Below are positions 9,444 to 18,387 of a DNA stretch of 64,000 bases, one piece after another. The stretch's first letter is position 1, and every line of letters starts with the position of its first letter. A program made the translations under genes and the position numbers. This DNA comes from Candidatus Magasanikbacteria bacterium RIFCSPHIGHO2_01_FULL_33_34 (lineage in GTDB: Bacteria; Patescibacteriota; Patescibacteriia; Magasanikbacterales; UBA922), in contig MFPS01000003.1 in the NCBI GenBank assembly GCA_001782825.1, forward strand, positions 44,353-108,352. Direction: 5' to 3'. The notes beneath the pieces were generated by a model, which was given only the letters and a program-made list of their open reading frames with translations, was not told the DNA's origin and ran no database searches.

Positions 9444-10754
9444 ATGTTTAATAATACATTTGTTATAAATGGTGGAAAAAAATTAAAAGGAACTATTGAA
9501 ACTAGTTCTGGAAAAAATGCACCGATTGCTTTATTATGTGCATCTGTTTTGGTTAAAAATAAAGTCATTTTAAAAGATATGTCTCATGTTGAGGAGATTG
9601 ACAGGATGATTGAGGTTTTGGTCAGTATAGGTGTGGACATCAAATGGCTGGATAAGACTTCATTGTATATTGATAGCTCAAAGGATTTAACAATGGATAA
9701 AATCAATAAAGAAGCTTGCGCAAGTACTAGAGTATCTCTTTTGTTATTAGGCGCTTTAGCTTCAAGAGAAAAAGATTATAAATTGTATAAAACTGGCGGT
9801 TGCAAATTGGGGGAGAGAACTATTAGGCCACATCTCTATGCACTTGAAAAATTTGGTGTAAGAGTTGAGTCTAAGTCAAAATATTATGAAGTAAAAAATT
9901 CATCACTTCAAGCACAAGATATAGTAATGTATGAATCAGGGGATACTGCAACTGAGAATGCTATTATGGCTGCTATTTTTGCACCGGGTGTTTCTACTAT
10001 TAAGTTTGCATCAGCCAATTATATGGTTCAGGATTTGTGTTATTTTTTGAATACTGCTGGCGCAAAGATTGAGGGGATTGGCACAACAACATTAGTGATC
10101 ACAGGTGTCAAAAAATTACATAAAGTAGATGAATATTTTGTTATTCCAGATCCGGTTGATGCAATGGCATGGATTTCACTTGCTATTACCACAAAATCTT
10201 TGCTTACCATTAAAAATTGCGCATATGATTTTTTGGCTCTTGAATTGGAAAATTTATCAGTGATGGGTCAAAAATATCTTTTATTAAACAAAAGAAAATC
10301 AAAAAGTGGAAATTTTCTTATTTATGATATTAAAATAACCCCATCTGATTTAAAAGCTCTTCCAGATAAATTACATGGACGACCATATCCAGGATTGAAT
10401 ATAGATAATGTACCATTGTTTGTGCCAATACTTACTCAAGCCAAAGGTGAGACTTTGATTCATGATTGGGTTTATGAAAATAGAGCAATTTACTATTTGG
10501 AATTAAAAAAATTAGGTGCAGATATTTTATTACTTGATCCACATAGAGCCTTGATCAAAGGTGTGGTTGAACTCAAAGCAAATGAGGTTGTTTGTCCTCC
10601 AGCTATTAGACCGGGTATGGCTATATTAATCGCTATGTTAGGTGCCAAAGGTAAATCAGTATTGAAAAATGCTTACCCGATTGAAAGAGCTTATGATAAT
10701 TTAGTGGAAAGATTGCGTAGCATAGGGGCTGATATATCCAAAGTTAATAATTAA
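9444..10754 (+). CDS. murA: UDP-N-acetylglucosamine 1-carboxyvinyltransferase
   Basis: It has the EPSP-synthase/MurA fold. FVINGGKKLKGTIETSSGKNAPIALLCASVL is the MurA N-terminal signature. Confidence 0.85.
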   Translation: MFNNTFVINGGKKLKGTIETSSGKNAPIALLCASVLVKNKVILKDMSHVEEIDRMIEVLVSIGVDIKWLDKTSLYIDSSKDLTMDKINKEACASTRVSLLLLGALASREKDYKLYKTGGCKLGERTIRPHLYALEKFGVRVESKSKYYEVKNSSLQAQDIVMYESGDTATENAIMAAIFAPGVSTIKFASANYMVQDLCYFLNTAGAKIEGIGTTTLVITGVKKLHKVDEYFVIPDPVDAMAWISLAITTKSLLTIKNCAYDFLALELENLSVMGQKYLLLNKRKSKSGNFLIYDIKITPSDLKALPDKLHGRPYPGLNIDNVPLFVPILTQAKGETLIHDWVYENRAIYYLELKKLGADILLLDPHRALIKGVVELKANEVVCPPAIRPGMAILIAMLGAKGKSVLKNAYPIERAYDNLVERLRSIGADISKVNN

Positions 10755-10760
10755 TAATAT

Positions 10761-12062
10761 ATGAATTTAGATATTAATAATACTCCAATACAAAAAAATA
10801 AAAAAAATAGATTAATGTATATTTTTTTAAGTTTATTTTTTTTAATAGTAGCTTTTTTTGGTGGGGTTGTGGTGGGGTCAACTTCAATTGTAAAAAATGA
10901 AATATTTAATGATGGTGGTGAGGTGAATATTAGTAAGATAATAAATTTATACAGTAAAACAAGATCTGAAGAAGTTAGTTTTGATCAATATTGGGAAGTT
11001 TGGAATAAGATTAAAAAGGGTTATGTTGATCAGCCAGTAGATGATGTAGATTTGTTTTATGGTTCAATCGTTGGTATGGTGGCATCGCTTGATGATCCAC
11101 ATTCAGTGTATTTTCCACCAAAGGAAGCCAAGGAATTTTCTAAAGATTTGGCTGGAGAGTTTGAGGGGATTGGTGCTGAGATTGGTATTCGTGATAATCA
11201 ACTTACAATTATTGCTCCTTTGCCAGGTTCACCAGCAGAAAACGCTGGTTTGAAGCCCCGTGACAAAGTATTAGCGATAGATGGCGAAGACACATCTTCT
11301 ATGAAACTTGATTTTGCTGTATCAAAAATCAGAGGTCCAAGGAATTCTGAAGTTACTTTAACCATAACTCATAATGGTTATGAAACTGTAGAAGACGTAG
11401 TTATAAAAAGAGACAAAATAAATGTTCCTACTATTGAATCAAAAATTGTAGAAGATACTAATATTGCTTATTTGAGAATAAGTTATTTTAATCAAGATAC
11501 ATGGTTTGATTTTGACAAAGCTGTGCGTGAATTACTCAAAGAATCTCCAAAAGGTTTTGTATTGGATTTGAGGAGTAATCCGGGTGGATTTTTGGAAACT
11601 TCTATTGATGTAGCAAGTGAATGGATAAAACAAGGTATTATTGTTAGTGAAAAAAATGGTAAAGATATTGTATTGGAACACAAGAGTAGAGGGTCTCATA
11701 GATTGGCTGGATTGCCAACTGTGGTTTTGGTTGATGAAGGCACAGCATCAGGATCTGAAATTGTAGCGGGTGCATTACAGGATTATGGTGTTGCCAAGAT
11801 TGTGGGTATGCAAACATATGGCAAAGGATCTGTACAAGATTTTGAAGTATTATTTGATGGTTCAGGCTTAAAATTGACTATAGCAAAATGGTTTACACCA
11901 AAAGATAGGGCGATTGATGGTCAAGGAATTGAGCCAGATATAATTTTAGAAGAAATGTTTTCCCCTATTTATTCAGAAGTTGAAAATGCTGATGGGGAGT
12001 TTGATATAGTTGATGTTGATGATATAGGACTAAAAAAGGCTCTTGATATTTTAGATATTTAG
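10761..12062 (+). CDS. Carboxyl-terminal processing protease (S41, PDZ-containing)
   Basis: It has an N-terminal TM helix, a PDZ region (APLPGSPAENAGL) and the S41 motif LRSNPGGFLE. Confidence 0.8.
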   Translation: MNLDINNTPIQKNKKNRLMYIFLSLFFLIVAFFGGVVVGSTSIVKNEIFNDGGEVNISKIINLYSKTRSEEVSFDQYWEVWNKIKKGYVDQPVDDVDLFYGSIVGMVASLDDPHSVYFPPKEAKEFSKDLAGEFEGIGAEIGIRDNQLTIIAPLPGSPAENAGLKPRDKVLAIDGEDTSSMKLDFAVSKIRGPRNSEVTLTITHNGYETVEDVVIKRDKINVPTIESKIVEDTNIAYLRISYFNQDTWFDFDKAVRELLKESPKGFVLDLRSNPGGFLETSIDVASEWIKQGIIVSEKNGKDIVLEHKSRGSHRLAGLPTVVLVDEGTASGSEIVAGALQDYGVAKIVGMQTYGKGSVQDFEVLFDGSGLKLTIAKWFTPKDRAIDGQGIEPDIILEEMFSPIYSEVENADGEFDIVDVDDIGLKKALDILDI

Positions 12063-12064
12063 TT

Positions 12065-12430
12065 ATGGCAGAGTATTCGGTATCAGGAATTGTCGTAAAA
12101 GGAGATGGGTTAGCTAAAAATTTTGGTTATCCAACTGCGAATTTAGATATAAGTTTGGATAAGTTTGATTTAGCATCTGGTGTATATGCTTGTATTGCAT
12201 ATCTTGAAAACATTCAATATAATGCTGTTGCTATAATTAAAAGGAATGAAAGTAAATTTGAAGTACATTTGATTGGGTACGATGGATTAGATTTTTATAT
12301 GAAACAGGTGTCAATTAATTTACTTAGTAAAGTTAGTGATATTGAAAAGAAAGATGGGCAAGAATTGATTGATAAAATAGAAAGTGATATGAAAAAGGTA
12401 TTTGATTATTTTAGTCGTAAGATACAATAG
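12065..12430 (+). CDS. Riboflavin kinase (monofunctional, RibF C-terminal-domain-like)
   Basis: GIVVKGDGLAKNFGYPTANL and EVHLIGYDGLDFY match the riboflavin kinase domain. Confidence 0.7.
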   Translation: MAEYSVSGIVVKGDGLAKNFGYPTANLDISLDKFDLASGVYACIAYLENIQYNAVAIIKRNESKFEVHLIGYDGLDFYMKQVSINLLSKVSDIEKKDGQELIDKIESDMKKVFDYFSRKIQ

Positions 12431-12575
12431 CATTATTTATACTTTCAACTACGATCGCATTAATTACAATTATTTGTTTTTACTCATTCTCGCTGTGGCT
12501 CTGAGGTGATGCCTGTTGTGGCATCAAATCCGTAAAAACAAATAATTGTAATTAATGCTTTAAATTTTTACATTT
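12421..12575 (+). repeat. Nested-palindrome intergenic repeat, long variant (copy e)
   Basis: The 5' module overlaps the stop codon at 12428-12430. P1, the core ctcattctcgctgtggctctgagg, the hairpin gatgcc-tgttgt-ggcatc and the 3' module are all present. Confidence 0.9.
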
Positions 12576-12594
12576 TAATTTATAAGTAGTAGTT

Positions 12595-13170
12595 ATGTTT
12601 ACAGGAATAATAAAATCTATTGGGGAGATAAATAAAATTAATGAAAAAGAACAAGGAATTGAACTTGTAATTGCTTTTGATGTTAATCAAAGTATTTCAA
12701 TAGGATCGAGTGTATGTATTTGTGGAGTTTGTTTGACTGTTACGGATTTGAAAGATAATCTTTTTAGTTTTGATGTAATGCCTGAGACTATAAGAAAAAC
12801 AACTCTTAATTTTAAACAGATTGGGTCTAAAGTAAATATTGAGATGGTTCTTCGAGTTGGTGATGAACTAGGTGGTCATTTTGTATATGGTCATATTGAT
12901 GGTATTGGTAAGGTTGTGTCAATTAAAAATGAGGGTGATAATAAGCTTGTAGAATTTGAGGTTGATAATGATATTATGAAATATATAGTACCACAAGGAT
13001 CTGTCGCTGTTGATGGTGTAAGTTTGACTGTTGCTAGGCTTGGTAGTAATACTTTTACAGTGTCTTTGATTCCCTTTACGCTTGAGAATACAACATTGGG
13101 AGAGTTGAGAGTGGGAGAAAAAGTAAATATTGAATCAGATATGCTTGCTAAATTTGCTAACAAAAGTTAA
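12595..13170 (+). CDS. ribE: Riboflavin synthase alpha subunit
   Basis: MFTGII... shows two lumazine-binding repeats. Confidence 0.85.
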   Translation: MFTGIIKSIGEINKINEKEQGIELVIAFDVNQSISIGSSVCICGVCLTVTDLKDNLFSFDVMPETIRKTTLNFKQIGSKVNIEMVLRVGDELGGHFVYGHIDGIGKVVSIKNEGDNKLVEFEVDNDIMKYIVPQGSVAVDGVSLTVARLGSNTFTVSLIPFTLENTTLGELRVGEKVNIESDMLAKFANKS

Positions 13171-13212
13171 TTTATAGAATTCACTTCATTAATTATTTAT
13201 AAAATAAAGTTT

Positions 13213-13707
13213 ATGTTAGAAGATATTAAATTGAAAAAAGAGGATGGGAGTAGTTTAAAGATTGGTATTGTTTGTGCTAGATGGCATAGTGATATTTGTA
13301 ATGTATTATTGACGCGTTGTAAACAAGCATTGTTGGATTGTGCTGTTAGTGAGGAAAATATTTTGGTAGCTGATGTGCCTGGATCTTATGAAGTTGTTTA
13401 TGGGGCAAGTCAATTGATAAAAAATGAAGGAGTGGATGCTGTTGTTTGTATTGGAACATTGGTAAAAGGAGAGACAATGCATTTTGAATATATTGCTGAG
13501 GCCGTTACTCATGGTATTATGGATTTAAATTTAAATACAAATGTTCCAGTAATTTTTGGTATACTTACATGTTTGAATTTGGACCAAGCCAAAGAAAGGG
13601 CAGGGGATAAAATGGATCATGGTTATCATTGGGGACTTTCGGCTGTTGAGATGGCAAACTTCAAAATAAATGAACAAGAAAAGATTGAAAAACCAGAAAG
13701 AATATAA
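13213..13707 (+). CDS. ribH: 6,7-dimethyl-8-ribityllumazine synthase
   Basis: KIGIVCARWHSDI...VVCIGTLVKGETMHFEYI is typical of RibH. Confidence 0.85.
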   Translation: MLEDIKLKKEDGSSLKIGIVCARWHSDICNVLLTRCKQALLDCAVSEENILVADVPGSYEVVYGASQLIKNEGVDAVVCIGTLVKGETMHFEYIAEAVTHGIMDLNLNTNVPVIFGILTCLNLDQAKERAGDKMDHGYHWGLSAVEMANFKINEQEKIEKPERI

Positions 13708-13765
13708 TTTTTTTAAAATCTGTGCTATAATATAATTATACAAATTTTAATAGTTTAATTATTGT

Positions 13766-14755
13766 ATGGTTAAAAGACCTGTCAAGAAAGAAAAAAATGA
13801 AAATTCTTTTTTAAGAATTTTGGGCGCTGCTTTTTTTGGTTTTTTACTTGGTTCTATTAGTAGAATCATTGTTAGTTTTTCAACACCAAATATTTTGATG
13901 AGAATAAATGATACTAGTTTTGACGAGGCTCGTTTACTTGCTTCATCATCTTTTTTGTCAAATATGGTTGTTGGGGCATTTATAATATTTTTTACTTCGG
14001 CTGTAGCAGGATTTTTGGCTAAAAGAAGAGGTGTTTTGGTTGGTTTGTTATCAAATTTATTACCAATAGGATTTTGGTTATTAGCTTTTTTGTATGCATT
14101 GATGGCAGGGGCTCATCCTATTAGGCTTATATTTTCAATTCCATTTTTACAATTTGTAATTGTGGTAGTAACCTGTATTTTTGGTGGTTTGTATGGTGAA
14201 GCATATTACAAAAAAGAAAGAGATTTGGATTTGGATAAACATGGTTCTACTATTTTTGGGGTATATTGGGCTCATTATTTGTGGATTACGCCATTTGTAT
14301 TTTTTCCATTTGTATCAGCTGTATTAGCTATTATTTATTCATGGTTATATACTTTTTCAACTGATTTATATTTTATTTCAAATTTTAAATTGTGGATAAG
14401 TTTAGCTTGGTGGTTTTACTTTTTTATAAATCCTTTGATTATACTTGGTTCTGGTATTATAGTTGTAATTGCATTTCAAAAATTTTGGCAAGTTATGCAA
14501 TTTAGACAAACTTATTATGATACATGGGAGAAAGGTGGAAAAATTTTGTTGTATGGTATTGCAACGCCTGTAATTGTGAAATTGATTGTGACTTTCACTA
14601 TTAACTCAACCAAGAATATGTCCCATTCAGTCATTGGTGATTGGAAGCTTATCATGTTTATATTGGTAATCCCTGTTATTGGCATCCTTTTAAAAGGACT
14701 TTGGTGGTTGAAAGATAGTCTTACTGTCGGTGTGGTTGAGAAAAAAATTAAATAA
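13766..14755 (+). CDS. Hypothetical polytopic membrane protein
   Basis: It has multiple hydrophobic helices and no motif I recognise. Confidence 0.5.
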   Translation: MVKRPVKKEKNENSFLRILGAAFFGFLLGSISRIIVSFSTPNILMRINDTSFDEARLLASSSFLSNMVVGAFIIFFTSAVAGFLAKRRGVLVGLLSNLLPIGFWLLAFLYALMAGAHPIRLIFSIPFLQFVIVVVTCIFGGLYGEAYYKKERDLDLDKHGSTIFGVYWAHYLWITPFVFFPFVSAVLAIIYSWLYTFSTDLYFISNFKLWISLAWWFYFFINPLIILGSGIIVVIAFQKFWQVMQFRQTYYDTWEKGGKILLYGIATPVIVKLIVTFTINSTKNMSHSVIGDWKLIMFILVIPVIGILLKGLWWLKDSLTVGVVEKKIK

Positions 14756-14930
14756 TTATTTAAAATATTTGATTATACATGTTATTTACAAATAGCATTT
14801 TTTGTGTTATATTTTGGATGAATTTCAAACCAAAAGGGAAATCAACATCATGAGGAAGCCATAGCTGATTCTTGCTCTGTCAACATTAGTTTTTTGTGGA
14901 TGTGATGCATCATTTATACAATACGTACTG

Positions 14931-15176
14931 GTGATAGCTTTCATTATTGGGATGTTTGTATTTTGTTTAGAATTTGAAAAAACTGGTGTTGTAATATTTT
15001 GTGTTGTTGCCTACCTTATGATAAAGGATGGTACATGTAAAAGTCTATTTCGTGATCCTGACAAGGCTCACCAAGAATATCAAGATAGACGTTATGAGGA
15101 GTTGAAGTCAGATCCTCATTATGAGTATTTGCGAGAACATTTTCGCAGAAAAGGTTACGATGTTGACAAACCCTAA
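14931..15176 (+). CDS. Small hypothetical protein (hydrophobic N-terminus, charged C-terminus)
   Basis: The ORF starts at a GTG in the track. An alternative ATG lies at 14952. A hairpin terminator follows it. Confidence 0.4.
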   Translation: MIAFIIGMFVFCLEFEKTGVVIFCVVAYLMIKDGTCKSLFRDPDKAHQEYQDRRYEELKSDPHYEYLREHFRRKGYDVDKP

Positions 15177-15194
15177 TTGTTTGGAGGCAAAACA

Positions 15195-15227
15195 AAAACC
15201 CAGATTACATTCGTGTGATCTGGGTTT
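15195..15227. terminator. Bidirectional rho-independent terminator hairpin
   Basis: The stems are aaacccagat ... atctgggttt, flanked by A/T runs, between convergent genes. Confidence 0.7.
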
Positions 15228-15243
15228 GTCTAATTTGGATAAA

Positions 15244-15996
15244 TTATTTTAATATTTTTTGGATTGCTTCTTTGACTTTTTCAGAAAAACTTCCATTTAA
15301 AATCCACAATAGATAGCTTTTTTCTTTTTGAGCCAGTTCTTTTAGACTTCTACCTCTATTTTTTCCGAAATTTATTGTAAGTTCACCATCTATATATCTT
15401 AATTTTCCTTCCATATCATATTTGTCTGGGTCTTCTGGAAAACAAAAAGTATGTATTTCATCTACTGATGTTGGAAGATCATTATACATTTTCATTTGTC
15501 CTTCAAGCACGTCAATTGATGCTTTGATATCAGCAATAGCATTGTGGGCATTTTCAAATTCTCCGCCAACATATTTTTTGTATGCTGCTGCTAGAGTGCG
15601 TGGTTCTTTGAGTTTGAAAATAAGCATAGCATCTACTATTTTTCTATCCTCTACATCAAAAGGTAGTTCTATTCTACTAAATTCATTTTGGAGCATTGGT
15701 ATGTCAAAATAGCGAATATTATAACCACCTAAATCTGAATCAAGAAATAGTTGAGTTAGGTCTTGGGCAATATCTCCAAAAGTAGGTTTGTCTTTAACCA
15801 TTTCATTGGTTATGCCATGAATTTCCATTGCTTCGTCTGTAATCGGTATTTTGGGGTTTATTAGCCATTCATGTTCTGTTTTGCTACCATCTGGAAAATA
15901 TTTGATAGCGCCAATCTGAATAATCCTATCTTCAAATACATTGAGACCAGTGGCCTCTAGGTCAAAAAATACAATTGGTTTTATTATTTTTAGCAT
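15244..15996 (-). CDS. DEDD-family 3'-5' exonuclease (DnaQ/oligoribonuclease-like)
   Basis: VFFDLEATGL, IIQIGAI and ...HNAIADI are the Exo I-III motifs. Confidence 0.75.
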   Translation of the reverse strand: MLKIIKPIVFFDLEATGLNVFEDRIIQIGAIKYFPDGSKTEHEWLINPKIPITDEAMEIHGITNEMVKDKPTFGDIAQDLTQLFLDSDLGGYNIRYFDIPMLQNEFSRIELPFDVEDRKIVDAMLIFKLKEPRTLAAAYKKYVGGEFENAHNAIADIKASIDVLEGQMKMYNDLPTSVDEIHTFCFPEDPDKYDMEGKLRYIDGELTINFGKNRGRSLKELAQKEKSYLLWILNGSFSEKVKEAIQKILK

Positions 15997-16028
15997 AATT
16001 ATTATTTTAGAAGTAGTGTAAATTAATA

Positions 16029-16116
16029 ATTAGAGATTATTATTTGCTCATTCTCGCTTTAGCTCCGAGGAGGTTGCCGGTTGGGGCAACCTGATCCGCT
16101 CATAATAATCTCTAAT
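16029..16116 (+). repeat. Nested-palindrome intergenic repeat, short variant (copy f)
   Basis: The outer stem is attagagattattat / ataataatctctaat. The core is ctcattctcgctttagctccgagg. The hairpin is ggttgcc-ggttgg-ggcaacc. Confidence 0.85.
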
Positions 16117-16143
16117 TATTAATTCTATTTTAGATTATAAATT

Positions 16144-16313
16144 AATTTGTAAAATACAATAGCATTGTTTATACTTTTAACCATGACCGCATCAATTTCA
16201 ATTATTTGTTTTTACTCATTCTCGCCTCGGCTCCGAGGGTGATACCTGTTGGGGTATCAAATCCGTAAAAACAAATAATTGAAATTAATGCTTGCTTATA
16301 AACAATGTTTTTA
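16144..16313 (+). repeat. Nested-palindrome intergenic repeat, long variant (copy g)
   Basis: The 5' module has cattGtttat and the 3' module has ataaaCaatg, a compensatory pair relative to the other copies. The hairpin is gatacc-tgttgg-ggtatc. Confidence 0.9.
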
Positions 16314-16345
16314 ATTATTACAATTAATTTATACTACTCATCATT

Positions 16346-17194
16346 TTATATTCGTTCTATCCAATGTTTATCAACAAATACTTCTAATTCTAAGAATATT
16401 TTTCTATTGGTTGCTTGTTCTAGTTCTTTGCGGGCCATTTGGCCTATTTCTTTTATTTTGTGTCCTTTTTGTCCAATAATTATTTTTTTATATCTTTCTT
16501 CATTGGTCAAAATTCTGGCAGTGATTACGGTTATATCTTTTTTTTCTTCAACATTATCTACTTCAACATTTATTGAATAAGGGACTTCTTTGTCAAAGAT
16601 TGAAAAAACTTTTTCACGGATAATTTCAGCAATCCAAAAGTGATGGTCAAGATTTGTGAGTTGTTCGTTTGGATACATTTCTTCTCCTTCTGGCATATAT
16701 TCCATTACTTTATTTCGCAATGGTTGGATATGACTTGCTCGAAGAGCTGAGAGTTGAAACATTTGATCAAAATTTTCTTCCCAACTTTCGTATTCGTCTT
16801 GATGTTTTCTTTTTTCTGGTGGTAAGTCGCTTTTGTTTATGACTAAAAGTTTTGGGATATCAAGATGTCTTATCATACCATATGAAGCTTTTTCTTCGTC
16901 ACCTATTTCACGAGTTGGGTCAACTACATAAATAATGAGGTTGACGCCTTCTAGAGATTCTTTAACTTTGTTAGTTAATTTGGCTGTTAAGGGATTTTTT
17001 CTGTCTTTGAATACGCCTGGAGTATCTATAAAGACTGCTTGACCAGTGGGTGTATTCATTACACCGTGGATAAGGTGTCTAGTCATTTGCGCCCGAAAAC
17101 TAGTGGCAGCGATTTTGGTGCCGACCAAAGTATTCATCAAAGTAGATTTTCCAACATTGCTTCGCCCTATAATGACTACAAAGCCTGATTTCAT
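16346..17194 (-). CDS. era: GTPase Era
   Basis: The G1 motif is GRSNVGKST. A C-terminal KH domain is present and the length is typical. Confidence 0.88.
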   Translation of the reverse strand: MKSGFVVIIGRSNVGKSTLMNTLVGTKIAATSFRAQMTRHLIHGVMNTPTGQAVFIDTPGVFKDRKNPLTAKLTNKVKESLEGVNLIIYVVDPTREIGDEEKASYGMIRHLDIPKLLVINKSDLPPEKRKHQDEYESWEENFDQMFQLSALRASHIQPLRNKVMEYMPEGEEMYPNEQLTNLDHHFWIAEIIREKVFSIFDKEVPYSINVEVDNVEEKKDITVITARILTNEERYKKIIIGQKGHKIKEIGQMARKELEQATNRKIFLELEVFVDKHWIERI

Positions 17195-17261
17195 AGTATT
17201 TGTTATTATATTAAATAATTCTAGCAGAGATTAATAATAAAATCAATTATATAAAATGAAG

Positions 17262-17285
17262 GGCACTGGTTGTGAGGCCAGTGCC
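17262..17285 (-). terminator. GC-rich terminator hairpin downstream of the minus-strand gene
   Basis: The stem is ggcactgg / ccagtgcc, followed on the minus strand by a T-rich tract. Confidence 0.65.
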
Positions 17286-17324
17286 GTGTCATAATTATGA
17301 GCATCAGTTTTATATAAATTTTGG

Positions 17325-17780
17325 TTAGCCTTTTTTATCCTTTGGTGGATCTACAGGTAACTCTGCAATTTTTCTAGCTTCGTCTGCAGTTCTTTGAGCA
17401 GAATCAGCTAATTGTTCTGCTTCTTTTACATTTCCTGTTGTTTCATCAGCTAGATTATTCATATCGTTGCTGAATTCACGATCTTCTTCTTTTTTTGTAG
17501 CATCAGCTACATTGGCTGCTTCTTTGGCAGCAGCATCGGATTCTTTTGGCAAATCTTTGACATTTTCGGCAATTTTTTTGGCAAGTTTTGCTTCTTTTAT
17601 TGCCTCTTTAGCAGCTTTTTCTACAGCTTTTTTATCATTTGGATTAGCATTTTTTTTGTCAGCGGCTTCTCTTGTTTGTTGTTCAGTTCTGATTTTAGCC
17701 CTTTTGGCATCTCTTTTGGCTTGTTCTGCTTGTTTAGCTCGTTTTTCTTGGTTTTCTGCTAATTTGTCTTTGTAGCTCAT
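17325..17780 (-). CDS. Low-complexity K/A/E-rich hypothetical protein
   Basis: The 151-aa protein is highly charged and repetitive. A strong SD (GGAGGA) precedes the start. Confidence 0.55.
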   Translation of the reverse strand: MSYKDKLAENQEKRAKQAEQAKRDAKRAKIRTEQQTREAADKKNANPNDKKAVEKAAKEAIKEAKLAKKIAENVKDLPKESDAAAKEAANVADATKKEEDREFSNDMNNLADETTGNVKEAEQLADSAQRTADEARKIAELPVDPPKDKKG

Positions 17781-17834
17781 AATTATCCTCCTATAGTTAG
17801 GTTAACATAATTAATGTTATTTATCAATTTGGGG

Positions 17835-17862
17835 TTGCATAGTTTTATGCCTTTGGTATAAT
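17835..17862 (+). promoter_or_regulatory. Sigma70-like promoter (TTGCAT-16-TATAAT) for rplI
   Basis: The -10 box ends 7 nt before the rplI ATG, so the transcript is probably leaderless. Confidence 0.5.
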
Positions 17863-17869
17863 AGAATTT

Positions 17870-18316
17870 ATGAAAGTAATATTGCTAAAAAAAGTGCCAG
17901 GCACTGGTAAAGTAGGGGATATCAAAGACGTAGCAGATGGTTTTGCTCGTAATTTTTTGTTGAAAAAAGGTTTGGCAAAGTTAGCAACTGATGAGAGTCT
18001 GGAAAGTCTTAAAAATACTGAAATAAAAATAAAAAAAGAATCAGAAAAAGAATTAAAGGATAATCAAAAAAAAGCATCTATATTAGATGGTGAACATATT
18101 GATATGACAGCGAAAGTAAATGATAAAGGTGTATTGTATGCAGCCATAAGCGCAAATGAAATTTGCAAAATATTAAAAAAAGAATTCAAAGTAGACATAG
18201 TGCCTGATCAGATAATGATATCAAAACCAATCAAAGAATTGGGTGAACATACGGTTATAATAGAATTTGGCCATGGTTTAGAAGCTGAACTGAATATTAC
18301 TGTCTCTGAAGATTAG
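17870..18316 (+). CDS. rplI: 50S ribosomal protein L9
   Basis: [30 protein letters not shown] is the L9 N-terminus. Confidence 0.9.
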   Translation: MKVILLKKVPGTGKVGDIKDVADGFARNFLLKKGLAKLATDESLESLKNTEIKIKKESEKELKDNQKKASILDGEHIDMTAKVNDKGVLYAAISANEICKILKKEFKVDIVPDQIMISKPIKELGEHTVIIEFGHGLEAELNITVSED

Positions 18317-18346
18317 TCTCCCTATAAGGGAGTCTTTTCTTTTTTG
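18317..18346 (+). terminator. Rho-independent terminator after rplI
   Basis: tctccct-ataa-gggag is followed by tcttttcttttttg. Confidence 0.65.
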
Positions 18347-18387
18347 ATTTATATTGGTATAATGCTTTTGTTTTTAAAATATAAGTT

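Noticed and set aside
17467-17775. Antisense ORF (102 aa, S/A/L-rich) opposite the K/A/E-rich gene
   Set aside because: It is a mirror-image artefact of the repetitive GAA/AAG-rich coding strand, and it has no start context.
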